Below the pieces are notes generated by a model. It saw only the letters and a program-made list of their open reading frames with translations, had not been told where the DNA came from and ran no database searches. Positions 1 through 11,149 of a stretch of DNA of 64,000 nucleotides are shown piece after piece. The number at the start of each line of letters is the position of its first letter. Positions within the stretch are counted from its first letter, which is position 1. The DNA lies in assembly GCA_011109175.1 (NCBI GenBank), contig RDEW01000025.1, positions 527,990 to 591,989 of the forward strand, given 5' to 3'. A program made the position numbers and the translations under genes. The stretch is from Dicyema japonicum (Eukaryota; Animalia; Dicyemida).

Positions 1-210
1 TGCCCTCTATTCCATACACTATCGAAATATCTACAATCATACAGAAATTTTGAGCCGATGCCATGTCCAATGAGAAGAGCTGTTCAGGATTCTCGACCCC
101 ACCGGACTCGTCCTCTTCCTTGTCGGTCTGGGATCACTTAGTTAGATGAGAACTTTTATTTTTTTTCTCTTTGACCCAGTGATCCTGGGGTAATAATAAT
201 AATATTGATT
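1..210 (+). mobile_element. 3' end of APE-type LINE (family A, Ingi-like): Cys-containing ORF end and terminal hairpin tail
   Basis: Homologous to the reverse complement of ~52434-52626. The ORF ends ...PCPMRRAVQDS...GIT*, followed by GGGATCACTTAGTTAG...CCAGTGATCCTGGGG(TAA)n. Confidence 0.75.
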
Positions 211-1299
211 GAATGACAGGTGACATGTCAATTGACAGGTGAAATGTAACCACCACGGGATAAGTAACCTGTGCATACCTATACCTCTTCGGAGACTCGC
301 AAAATGGCTAACTTTCCGGTGGGTTCGAGCATTGCTTTTCAGACTATTAGGAATGAAGGGGTCCTTGAGGTGAGTCAAAGATCGAAAAATAATGCCCCTA
401 GGTCTGAAATGATACATGTGGCCTTCATCAAGAAAGCATAACGGTAGCTTCAGGATGGGTGACGTTTCCAGGAGTTGTAAAAAAGACGGAACTGTTTTTT
501 TAAGGAAACTAATAAAACCTCCGTAAGATTGTGGTAGCTACTCCCAACTTAGCCTATGCCTATCGTCGCTAAAATCTCCGAGAGAGTGATACATCAAAGA
601 CTACTTCAAGAATGTATAATAAAAGACACTTTTTCGAACTTTCAGATGGGGTTCCTTGAGGAACGACTCAACGGTGATTATTTTTAATCTGCCGTCAAGC
701 AGAAATGAAACAGCGTCAAGTGAAGCTGTTAACTAGATGTAGAGAGGGCGTTCGACTTGTTATGACATGATTCCCTTCTATGTGCCCTCACTGAAGCGTG
801 AATCTCTCTCTAATTAAGAAGTTGGATCTCTTAGCTTCTTAGAGGCCTACGTGCGGCATAGAGGCTGTCGATCTAGTTCTGACCACGAAGTTCTGCAGAG
901 GGTCGGTTCTTAATTCTACCCTGTTAAACATATTTTTGTTGCCACCTCCTACTCAGTCAATGTGAGGAATGAAATTGTTGTCTATTTTGATGACGTCGTA
1001 CTCTGGGATCACTCTTGGAGACTAGATCTGCGTGTTTGAGAACGCAAGACGCAGTAGATATGCTGATGTGAGAGTAGTGAGGTCTCAGAACAGGGTTTCA
1101 TGTAACGGTCATAGGGAGGATGAACTACCATTGAGTTACTTTCAACTCTAAGAGTAGCGTCCTGGAGCACGCGGCCTTCATTAAGAGGCAAGTATTAAAA
1201 GATCGGGGGCTCTTCACGATCCAGCTGAGCCGAGGTACCTGGGTCAAAGTGTTCAATGCCGGGTAGTGCCTATTTTCACATATTGAGGGCACTGGTGTT

Positions 1300-1680
1300 T
1301 CAGTGAGAAAATCGAAGTGTTTTGAAATTCTTAGGAAAGTTAAGAGACGTGCAATACAGTATTCTTTAGGAATATGTTAAAAGGCATCGTTTACACAAAG
1401 AGCTTTTCCAGAATTCTTGGATCCTCAGAATATAATCGGGAAGATCCTTTGAAGATTAAGATGTGAAAGTTGAAAAAAGATAATTATGGGCAAGGGAAAA
1501 AGAGGCGTCCTGAAAACGTTAAGAAAAGGACGGAATGATGGTCTCCTTACACAGTTCATCATCCAGCAAACTGGAATAATCGGATAATACTTCGCGTAAA
1601 ATTTTTGACTTTATTGACAAAAACCGCACTAATAATGACGCGATGTCTCTTGCAGAACACTGGGATCGCGATCATGAGGG
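1300..1680 (+). mobile_element. degenerate RTE-like LINE 3' remnant
   Basis: Broken frames include KFLGK and IIMGKGKRG, resembling the RTE C-terminal GKRxRGRP motif; many stops. Confidence 0.3.
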
Positions 1681-2439
1681 GTACTTCTTTGGACAATTTG
1701 AAGTCCATTGAAGTGAAAAAAAAACTTTATAAAAACATATATTGGCTAGTGAACTAGAAATTAGCCTAATATTAACGAAGTAGCCCTTTTCATCATCACA
1801 GAGCTACCAAAACGACTTCCGATTGGCCATGGCGAGGGTGGACGAGGAATATCTCAAAGAAAAGATAGGAACCGACGGAAAGGCCAACGGACGGGGGAAA
1901 CCAGCCCAGTCAGAGACCACACATAACAATGACTACTTTTTGGTAGGAGAATTAGTAGTCGTTTGCGGAGGATGAAGGAATCTTGCCCACGAGTAGAGCG
2001 GAGCCTTTGGACATAAACCAGCATAAGTTGGTGGTGGATTATTTGCAGATACGACTCTGTAATTACCACAGTTCATTTTGAGGGATGGAGGGCCAACTCA
2101 CATACATGCAAATTTACTAATTTATAAAGTTCCATCGCAGCCGAAATCCAGGTAATTCTAGGACCCAGATCACTTTCTTTCCTATGTGCCATCGGATTGT
2201 TAAAACAAAAAGAATGAGGGACAGCCGAGATGTATGACTGCTTAATCCGATTTTCACACAGGAAATGCGTTTAATCACGAGACCTGCTTACTAATTTGCA
2301 ATAGTGGAAAATTTTTGACTAGTAAATTAATATATTTTGATAACTTAGCTAAATGTCTCTTGTCCGAACGACTCCTAACTCGATTCTTATAATTTAATAA
2401 CTTAAAAAATGTTAACTTAGATCCTCATTAATTAGAGCC

Positions 2440-2745
2440 ACTAATCAAAAAATGTGGCGCAGTGCCTGGAAAAAGTCCTGATGGCTTCTGTACGTTCCGG
2501 CTGATGGTTCCATACATCTACGATGCTTTGGATTGACGAGTGACGCCGTCATCAGTGAACATGTCACTGTGGAACCGGATCGTTCACAAAAGGACTCATA
2601 CCCAACAAAAATAATGAAGAACATTTCTAGGTTCTCCCTCATCGATTAGTAATGATAACTGTTTTTTTACTTAAAGTGTGTCCTGGCTGGGAGGAGCTAC
2701 GGCTAGTTATGATAACTGTTCTTTACTTAAAGTGTGTCCTGGATT
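2440..2745 (-). repeat. repeat family B (probable 5' head of a second APE LINE), with a 57-bp tandem unit
   Basis: Core GTGACGCCGTCATCAGTGAACATGTCACTG recurs at 21869-21928 (opposite strand) and 60305-60430. The unit GATAACTGTT(T/C)TTTACTTAAAGTGTGTCCTGG occurs at 2654 and 2711. Confidence 0.75.
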
Positions 2746-2850
2746 AAACATCTAAAAACCGTAAAATTCCGTCACTACTGTTTGGTCTTGAAAAATAATA
2801 ACAGGGTTTGACGTAATCCCAATCCTGGCTACTGCCTGCTTGGCAAAGTC
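2746..2850 (-). pseudogene. ~105-bp unspliced duplicate of an UNC-45 exon/intron segment
   Basis: Near-identical to 3634-3732, including the 27-nt intron; encodes DFAKQAVARIGITSNPVIIFQDQT. Confidence 0.9.
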
Positions 2851-2969
2851 TATTCTTAAGTGCAGTATTATTATTAATCAAGGAATATTTTCATTAATAA
2901 TTTTATGGGTCAGATCAAAAACGTATAAATTAATAAATCAAAATTAGTAGTTTATTAAAAGAACTAACT

Positions 2970-5900
2970 CTAAGTTATGTCAACCATTTTAATGATGTCT
3001 TTAGCACAGTTGACCACACTAGAAGATGTACTGGACAGACTAATAGCTTTAATCGCCAAAATAAATTCAGTGGACAATTTGGTTCCATATCCTAGTAGAT
3101 TCCTCACTATATACAAAAGTCTGTGTAATATTCCATCATTGCCCGTTGATAAACCACTCATCAGTCTCTCCTGATATTTGTTGACCTACAAATTATTCAA
3201 AATCAAAATCAACAGCACAAATTCGTTGGCAAATAGTCTCATTATCAGAAAGAATACCCAATGCTCCTGCTGCAGCAATAATCAAGTCAATAGTCTGCTC
3301 GTTAACTTCCTCCTCGATGAATGTTGTAAAGAGGACCAACAGTTTGACCCGATCGTTCTCAGGAGCTGCGTACAGATCAACAACGTCTTCCAACATCGCC
3401 ATATTGCACATGCACTGTGTCGCAGCTAACTGAATTCGAGGATCCTCATTGAACATGCAGCTCTCGATAGCATGAAATCCCTTGTTATTCATTATACATT
3501 TCCTAGAATTAGTGAAAAACCCACCGAACGTCATCATCTACAGAGGCGAGATTTCCAGGGCTAACAGAGCCTCAAAATTTTGTAGAGGAGTTTTTGAGAC
3601 ACACAGAAGCTCAACCAAAGGTCTCACGACATGAAACATCTAAAAATCGTAAAATTCCGTCACTACCGTTTGGTCTGGAAAAATAATAACAGGGTTTGAC
3701 GTAATTCCAATCCTGGCTTGCTTGGCAAAGTCAAACTCGTCAGTTAGTTTTAGCAGTGTTTTGACGCACCCAACCTGCGCAGCTAGTCCTCTGTACTTTT
3801 CATACCTCATAATTGTCAGAAAAACTCTGAAATTAAAAGATCACAAAACCTGGAAGCATTCTCACGAATTTTGGCGCTTTTCTGACTGACCAGGGTGCTC
3901 AAAGATTTCAAAATCCCGATTTCAACAAGTTTGGCGATCCTTTCCTTAACGAACTTCTCATCATCCTTGGATATAACCAATATAGAAACCTTGGGTGCTT
4001 CTCAGGGACCTTTTCTTTGGTAAATTTAGCTAATTTAATGAGATTTTCGTCGGCATCCATCTGATCGTACGAATTTGTGACATTCACAAGAATCTGGGAC
4101 ACAGGATATAGGGAATGGCACTCGTTTTGACAAGACTGCATAAAAATTCAAAATAAACCTTGACAATCCCAGACAGCGCTTCCTTATCGTTGGCCAAAAG
4201 CTCCTTTGAGTCGGCTGAGAGTGAAATGAAGAGCATTGCTTGGACAGCGTAGTTAAACAAGTCCCCATCGTCCACCACCTGCCTTCTTCCGCTTAAAACA
4301 CTGAAATAAATGCTAATAAAACTGGAGGACGGATTTTGTGATTTCCTCTGTTGATAAAATATTCTTAGACTCCGCTGATAGGGAGTTGGTGAACCCATCT
4401 ATGGATTGAGCCTTTCCGAGTCCAACCAAAGCTCTTATCCGAACAGAATCGGAGTAATCGGAAACTAGGTACTTGTTGAAGCAGCAGAAAATTGCCTCTG
4501 AGTGAGCTAGAGCCAATTTTTTGATAGAAACAGAGAAAATTAGACAATCCAACACGGCAATCTTAAATAACCAAGTCGTCTACCAATTCCCTCCTTGTTG
4601 GTTCCTCATCGTCGTCGATCATCATTAAAATGAAATTGAACAGCTCGTCCTTGTCACAAAGCAAGTCAGAAGCCACATCGGGGACCGACTGAGGTTTATG
4701 GACAAAGGAACCTGAAGTAAAGTAGATATCATTTCGATAGAAACAATGAGGGACTCATCCAACTCGCTTGCATTGGTCAACAAAGAACTGAAAATTACTA
4801 AGAAAGCACCTAAGGTGCTCTTTACACTTTTCCTTGAACATTGTCCTGTATTTATCGCTGCCCAGGCCGTCGTATACGGTAGAAAGGAGAGCTTTGGCAA
4901 GATCTAAGGTATTCTTGTTCACCAGGACGAGTTCATTCGTAACCCTGACTTCAATAAGGTTTAGCACAGCGTCAATAGCTAAAATAGACCTCTACCAATC
5001 AAACCATTGGTCTCTTCCACAAGCTTGGCTGTCGAGGAATCCTTTAAGTGCTTAATTAGAAACAACAAAAGTCGGTTCCTCCCAAATACTCCCAATTTGT
5101 TGGAGTCAACAAACGCCATTGCCATCTTGGAAAATTTAGTTGTGTAAGTGGAGGACTTGAACCCAAGAAGAAGGCTATCACTGAGTCCCCAAATCGCCTC
5201 CACCAGAACATTGGAGATATTTCCCTTCATAAGAAACTTCACATCATCTATCAACCAATCAAAGACCAGCTAAAACGGTTAAACCACGTGGCTTACATTA
5301 GCAATCTCCTCGGAGTTGACAGACAAATCTTTTACACAGTGACAGGCTGTGATCCTCACTTCTGGATACCTGGAGTACAAGAATAGAGAAAAAAGGGCTT
5401 TGAGACCACCAAGTTTGATAATTTCTGAACATTTTGTAGTCGTGGATCCAATATAATGTAATTTTTTGATGCTCTAAAATATAAATTTTGCCCACGTTGA
5501 TCAGCTCAGCCTCTTCCGTTCCCTTATCTTGCATCACCTTCACGATTTCCTCCAGTTTATCGATGGTGATCAGATTACTTTGAGTCTAACCAGATAATCA
5601 GACAGATTATGCCTTTTGGCAGATTTGTTTATTGACTTGTTCCATCAGATTTATGATCTCCTTCTTGTTTCCTTCTATTTTTATCAGAGTCTTCAGATGA
5701 GTTAATGAATCTTCGAGTCTCCCAACTTCCTTGAGACTGAAAGCCATTCTGTAGAGTGTTTTAGCATCAAATGGCAGTATTTCGATAACTAATATGCCAA
5801 TACTAATTACTTTTTTGACATTGAGTTAGTGCTTCTTTGTATTTTTTCATTTTAACAAGACAGGCAACTTTATTTTTTGATAGTATAAGCTCGTCTTCTT

Positions 5901-6000
5901 GGGATGAAGAGAGGGCCTCACACTCCTTGTATGTTTCGAAGGCTATTTCATATTTCCCTTGTTTGTAAAATTCGTTGGCGTTCAGTTTCAGAGATTCCAT
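2970..6000 (-). CDS. unc-45: UNC-45 myosin chaperone (TPR + central + UCS domain), ~15 short introns, two apparent -1 frameshifts (possible pseudogene or assembly error)
   Basis: N-terminal TPR (ANEFYKQGKYEIAFETYKEC). UCS motifs RIGITSNP..FP, VVRPLVELL, QNFEALLAL, IQLAATQCMCNM and VPEKHP. Frame restored by 22-28 nt introns except near 3555 and 3991. Confidence 0.85.
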
Positions 6001-7269
6001 CGTTGTTTACAATTTTTTATGCCATAAAGGACAACAAAAAGTAGGTTCTTATATTTAGATTAGAAATTATTTAAAAATATTTAAATAAAAATAATGTTTA
6101 AATTAACTTTATTATTAAAAATCGAAATTACTTTTATTTTTCTTCGCTTCCGTCCATAAACAATATTTCCTCCAATTCCTTTTTGCCATAATTAATTTGA
6201 TTTATTTCATAATAACGAAGCTGCTGGTCCATGGTTACTGTCTCTGTCAGAATGTCTGGGTTTGATTGCCGACTATTATTTTTATGTGGATGCTTAAAGA
6301 ATTAAGCTATCCAAAAATGGATGTTTTGACGACAGTTATTTTAGTTCGAAGACAATGAGCTTAATATTGGAAGGTATACGCTAAACTCTCCAGTCCTTCC
6401 AGGAATGGAGGGAACTTTGTTTTGGAAGACTTCATCTCTATAATTGGAAATAATTATATATGTCTTTTTTGGAAAAAGTTATTACCAAATTAATGAAAGG
6501 ATTATGGATATTTAATCCTGACTTTAATATGAGGAAATCCTTGAGGAGAATAAAAATGGAGTAAGTAGTTAAGCAACATCACTAACTAGTAGAATGCCAG
6601 AGGCTATTAAGTGGGACGCAGAAAATGCTGGTCTCTTTCATGGTAGAGCCTATCCTACGAGACTCTATTAAGTGGGATTCGGAAAATGACGTTCCCTCCG
6701 CAAGTGGTGCACTAGTTGTTCTATTGAATTTACTTCAATATAATATTTATATGTTTGGTTTAATGATACTAATTATTATTACCCTCTTGATCTAAAAATT
6801 AAAACTTATTAGGGCACTAACCTATCGGAAGTGTGTCGGCTCTTGGAGGAATACCGAGAAAAGATGCCTAAGGAGGCCGGGATCACCTGACGGCCCCCAC
6901 TTTCTTTTATTTTATTTTGTCGGTGATTCTTGGTTTTAAAATAGAAATAAATAAATGTTGAAAGGAGAGCGTCGTGGTTAAAGAAAAACAGTGGGTTTTA
7001 TAGAGGAGTACTGTAAAACCTCTTTCCCCTGCTGAAGTCTACCGTTTCAACTCCTTTCATGGTGTTCCGCTCTTTAAAAATTAACTTCATAAACACTTTC
7101 AAAATCCCACTTATTCACTTAATGACCCTGTTTCCAGTCACCTCGGTGGTATTTACAGTGGTAAAGCTTTGATTCATTCCTGGTTTATGCCAACAACCGA
7201 ACGACTCCCTGTAAAAATATTTCACAAATGCTGCTATTTGTAAAATCGGAGCTACCAATAATTTCTTAT

Positions 7270-7900
7270 GTCATCTGCATAGGATAGTCTTGGATAGTTG
7301 TTTCGGAATTTGTTGGTAGGCCGTCGTGAAAAGGCAAATTATAGAGGGCTGCCAACAGGGACCAGGAGAATTTGGTTTTTAGAATCTGAGTTTTTTGCGG
7401 AACCAACGTCACTTTCCCGACCAGATGGGATATATTGTACTTTATCAGGCAAGACAACCTACCCCTAAATGTCATGACTGCTAGTACTTCGGACATGTGG
7501 TCCCATATTGATAGCGGCCCAGTATGTGCTGACCGTGAAACCTTAGGGACTGCATGCAGAATAAAACCTATGTAGAGTCTGAATCGACTATGACAGTTTA
7601 CATAAAGCGAGCAACGCTTGTCGCCATATGGCAAAAGCAGCATCAAAACTGGTTGCTTTTGTTAAAAAATCTCCAACATAGTTTCACCATAGAGATTTAA
7701 ATACAGTGGAGATGTTTACCACACCAGAAAGCAAACAGATGTTCCAAATTGATGGCTACCTTCCATCTGTGAAGAACTCGACGTTCAATTGTGTCAAATA
7801 CACTTTGTGCTCAGACTGTAGTAAACAAGTCTCATCGTTAGCTAATAAATGTTTGTTGAAGTGTGCCACCATCAGTGGATGCGAAAGCACATTGTAAACC
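7270..7900 (-). mobile_element. highly degenerate non-LTR reverse transcriptase remnant
   Basis: Fragments SVFDTIERRVL (cf. KAFD), PYGDKRCSLYVN (cf. PQG..SP.LFN) and KTQIL occur in RT order across shifted frames. Confidence 0.4.
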
Positions 7901-8090
7901 CAAACCATATAATCACACATAATTCTAATACCTACACGACCAATTAGCTAATTGGTGACCACTCGTGACCAGATTGAATTTCTTTATTTTTTGAAGCGTC
8001 TAAGTCTTAAGTCATAATTGGAGACATTTTTGAATTGACCACCTCTCTTAAAGCCTTAATTCTAGGGAATAAGATATAAGATCTGATATA

Positions 8091-9420
8091 TTAATTGTTA
8101 ATAATGGATGGCTTAGTGGAATCCTCTTTAAGTTTGATTGCCTGTAATATTGGTATTCTCTTATAATTGTATATTTGTCTCACATTTTTAATTTGCTCCT
8201 CCAAAGTTAATTCATCGTTAATATCTTTAAAGTTATCACCTACTACTAATAATATAATTACTTTCTATGTTTTAATTTAACAGTTTTATCATTCTCTCTC
8301 ACTACTACAGTGTCCCCATATCATATTCCGTATCCTCCATGTTATATCTTCAAAGTTTAAATTAAATTAATTAAATAATAATAAATAAAATATATTTACT
8401 GTTGTCTTCCACTATTATTGTGTCCTCCATATATTTTGTTGTCTTTTCTGTTTTACCAATTTTAACAAATCTCTCATATAATTCAATCAAAGACTGACGA
8501 TCGCTTTTATCAATGAATGAATGCTTAAATGTACAAATCTTTACGACCTTAATAAGTTCCTCGCATTCAGGACGATTTTGAGGATCCTTAGAAAGACAAA
8601 GGGAGACAAAATCTTTTGCCTCAGTTGAATGATGAGTTCGAAATGTGGGAGAATCTTCGTTTTCAATAATCATAATGACTCTCATTGGATGAATATCATA
8701 ATGTGGGGGACTCCCTTCCAATATTTCGATGGTAGTGATGCCTAATAAGTAATGCTTATACCAAGACTCCAAATATCAGCCGAGAATGAATATCCAATCT
8801 CTTGTACAATCTCAGGAGCTATCCAGTAAGGACTCCCAATAGTTGTAGTTCGTTTATTACCCCATTCCTATAAGTAAAGATACTAGACTAATATTTTGTT
8901 AGCGACTCCAAAATCAGCCAATTTGGCGATTCCTCCTTGAGTGAGAAGAATATTCCCAGCTTTTATATCTCTGTGTATTAATCTGTGTTTGTGAACAACT
9001 TTTAGTCCCGCTAGAACATCAGAAAGGATCGAAGCAGTCTCAACCTCATCCAACTTATATAATAATCGTAAAATACAGTCATTTGGTGTATAATAGATTC
9101 GATAGACCCACCAGAACAGTACTCCATGATGATCCACAAGAATCCGTCAGAAATGTAACTCCCGTAATATTTGGTCACATATTCTGTCTTACAATTTCTA
9201 AGATATTCTATTTCTTTGAGTGAATTCGTCATGTTATTTCTAATTGGTATTTTCTTAGCAGCCAGGATATGCTTAGATTTTAAATGTACGACCTTAAAGA
9301 CTATGCCATATGACCTTAAATGACAATATGGAGATACCCAGATCCAATAATATCAACAAATTCAAATATATCTTTGTGAGAATCCGACAATTCGTCTGAA
9401 GTTAGTGAGAAATCAATCAT
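8091..9420 (-). CDS. STK3/STK4 (hpo): STE20-family Hippo/MST1/2 kinase with C-terminal SARAH domain
   Basis: Spliced [22 protein letters not shown] and [11 protein letters not shown]. The C-terminus [27 protein letters not shown] matches SARAH (cf. EQEIEEIRQKYQSKRQPILDAIEAK). Introns of 23, 23, 21, 20 and 24 nt; linker exons at 8230-8400 are uncertain. Confidence 0.88.
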
Positions 9421-9559
9421 TACTAGTAATCCTATAATGCTATAATTATATCCTTATATATAACAAATTTTAATAATAAAAAAATAAAAACAGAAAAAAA
9501 TAAAAGTAAAATAAAATTAAAAATATTTATAAATAAAAAAAACATACAACGTTCTCTTG

Positions 9560-9900
9560 AGTCGGTCAGGTTAAAACTCTCTCGAATGAGGAAAAATGTC
9601 GGTAAGAAAGAGAAGGGTCACTTACGTTATCAGATGGCAGAAATATAATTCTTGTCTTGTCCGGGAGCGTTGTTGCTACTGAAACAAAAAATGGAAGATA
9701 CAGGTGTTCCTGCAAGTACGTCGCATGCTACCACGAATGTCCTGGAATGGTTCGGCAGTGGCAGATTTAATACTCACATCTGTGAACTCAAGAAAGGGGC
9801 TATAAACAATGAGGGTCAGAGGAGGATTACTGGTCTAAAAGGGCGGGGAGCAGATGACCACAGTTGCCAAAGAGATCACGAGCACAAGAGCAGTGATGCG
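9560..9900 (-). mobile_element. LINE RT N-terminal remnant
   Basis: NNAPGQD (cf. KAPGPD) followed by a L..FF.IRES-like segment; many stops. Confidence 0.3.
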
Positions 9901-11149
9901 TTGTAGCTCAAGCATGTTTATGAGGTCTTCGCGCGGAATTTCAAAAATGCAACTAATCCCTTATATTCCGAACCAAGTTGCTGTTTCATTCTTAGCCTTC
10001 GTTTCGAGTATCTCCCATAAACTGAAACGTTTTGATGCTGAGAGGTATTCAAATCAATTATTAAAACTATTTCGTACAGAAGTTTCAACATCTCTATTCT
10101 GGTTCTGAATTGACCTCTATGTGGTTTTGGGGTGAGCGAGTCACTGTCAGGTGATCCAGCTCACTCAATGATCTTCTCATCAATTTAATTATTTTCGATA
10201 TAATTATTTTGTTATTAAAAATATTTTAATTACAAAAAACTTAAAAACGATTATTGCTTGTAGGAAATTTTTTTTCAACGGAAGGAAGGAAACAACAAAA
10301 ATGTACGTTAAACGGAATGAAAATGTCCAAATATATAAAGCAATAAACATAGTCGGTCATAAAAATGCTTTCGTGTATTATTAAAGAGTAATCTGTGTAT
10401 TTTATAGTGTAGACGTAAAAGACCAAACAATCTTTCGATCTCAGAGCAATATTTACAAGACACTGAGGCGGCCTATGGGGATCCAACAAAGAACGAGACA
10501 GATTCCGAAATTATAGCGTTCATGAAAACCCCTGAATACACCTACAGACATTTAAACAGAGTTTTGAGACAGCATATTGAAGAACCCGTAAGAACTTGGA
10601 ACACTCTAATAATTAGACTTTTTCGGATTCTCTGGACAGTGTGGAAGGAGATTGTGAGATTTATAGACAGATGTATGAAAGTCATAAGAAATATATGAGT
10701 GAACATCCCGAAAACGAGATTGAGGACCTTAACTATGATGATGCTTGTGAATCCCCACAACATACATATTGGTACATAAAATTTGTTAAATATTTAAGTG
10801 AGCCCCCTACGAATTCTCCCCCGTCTGTTGAAAAGGACCGATTGTCGAGGATTAAAAATATTCCAGGAAAGAAAAATCTTCCACTCCGTCAAGCAGTAAA
10901 GAACAGAAGATTCATAACCCTACTGCCTTTTATGGATCCAGAAATACTCAAATCTAAAAAAAAGAAAACAAAGAAAGTATTTTTTGTAGATATTTTTAGA
11001 AAGTAAAAATAATTACTAAAGAGGTCAAAAGAACCAGTAATAAAGATAAAAAATGCAGAAAACTTTATGGGGTACATAACAGGGATAAATGGTGCAAGCA
11101 ATGCCAGTGGAAGAAGGCATGTTCCCGCTTCTAGATTTGATTTTAACTA

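Noticed and set aside
2530-2570. CTGATGA in repeat family B as a hammerhead ribozyme or C/D snoRNA
   Set aside because: No GAAA after a stem II in any of three copies and no terminal C/D box arrangement.
6190-6720. Possible gene divergent from UNC-45, with a short repeat CTATTAAGTGGGA..GAAAATG (x2)
   Set aside because: No consistent micro-intron parse or recognisable motif; probably debris.
10500-11100. 121-aa ORF 10641-11006 as a host gene
   Set aside because: No recognisable domain; flanked by stop-rich frames and directly abutting the CRE-like tail; left unassigned.
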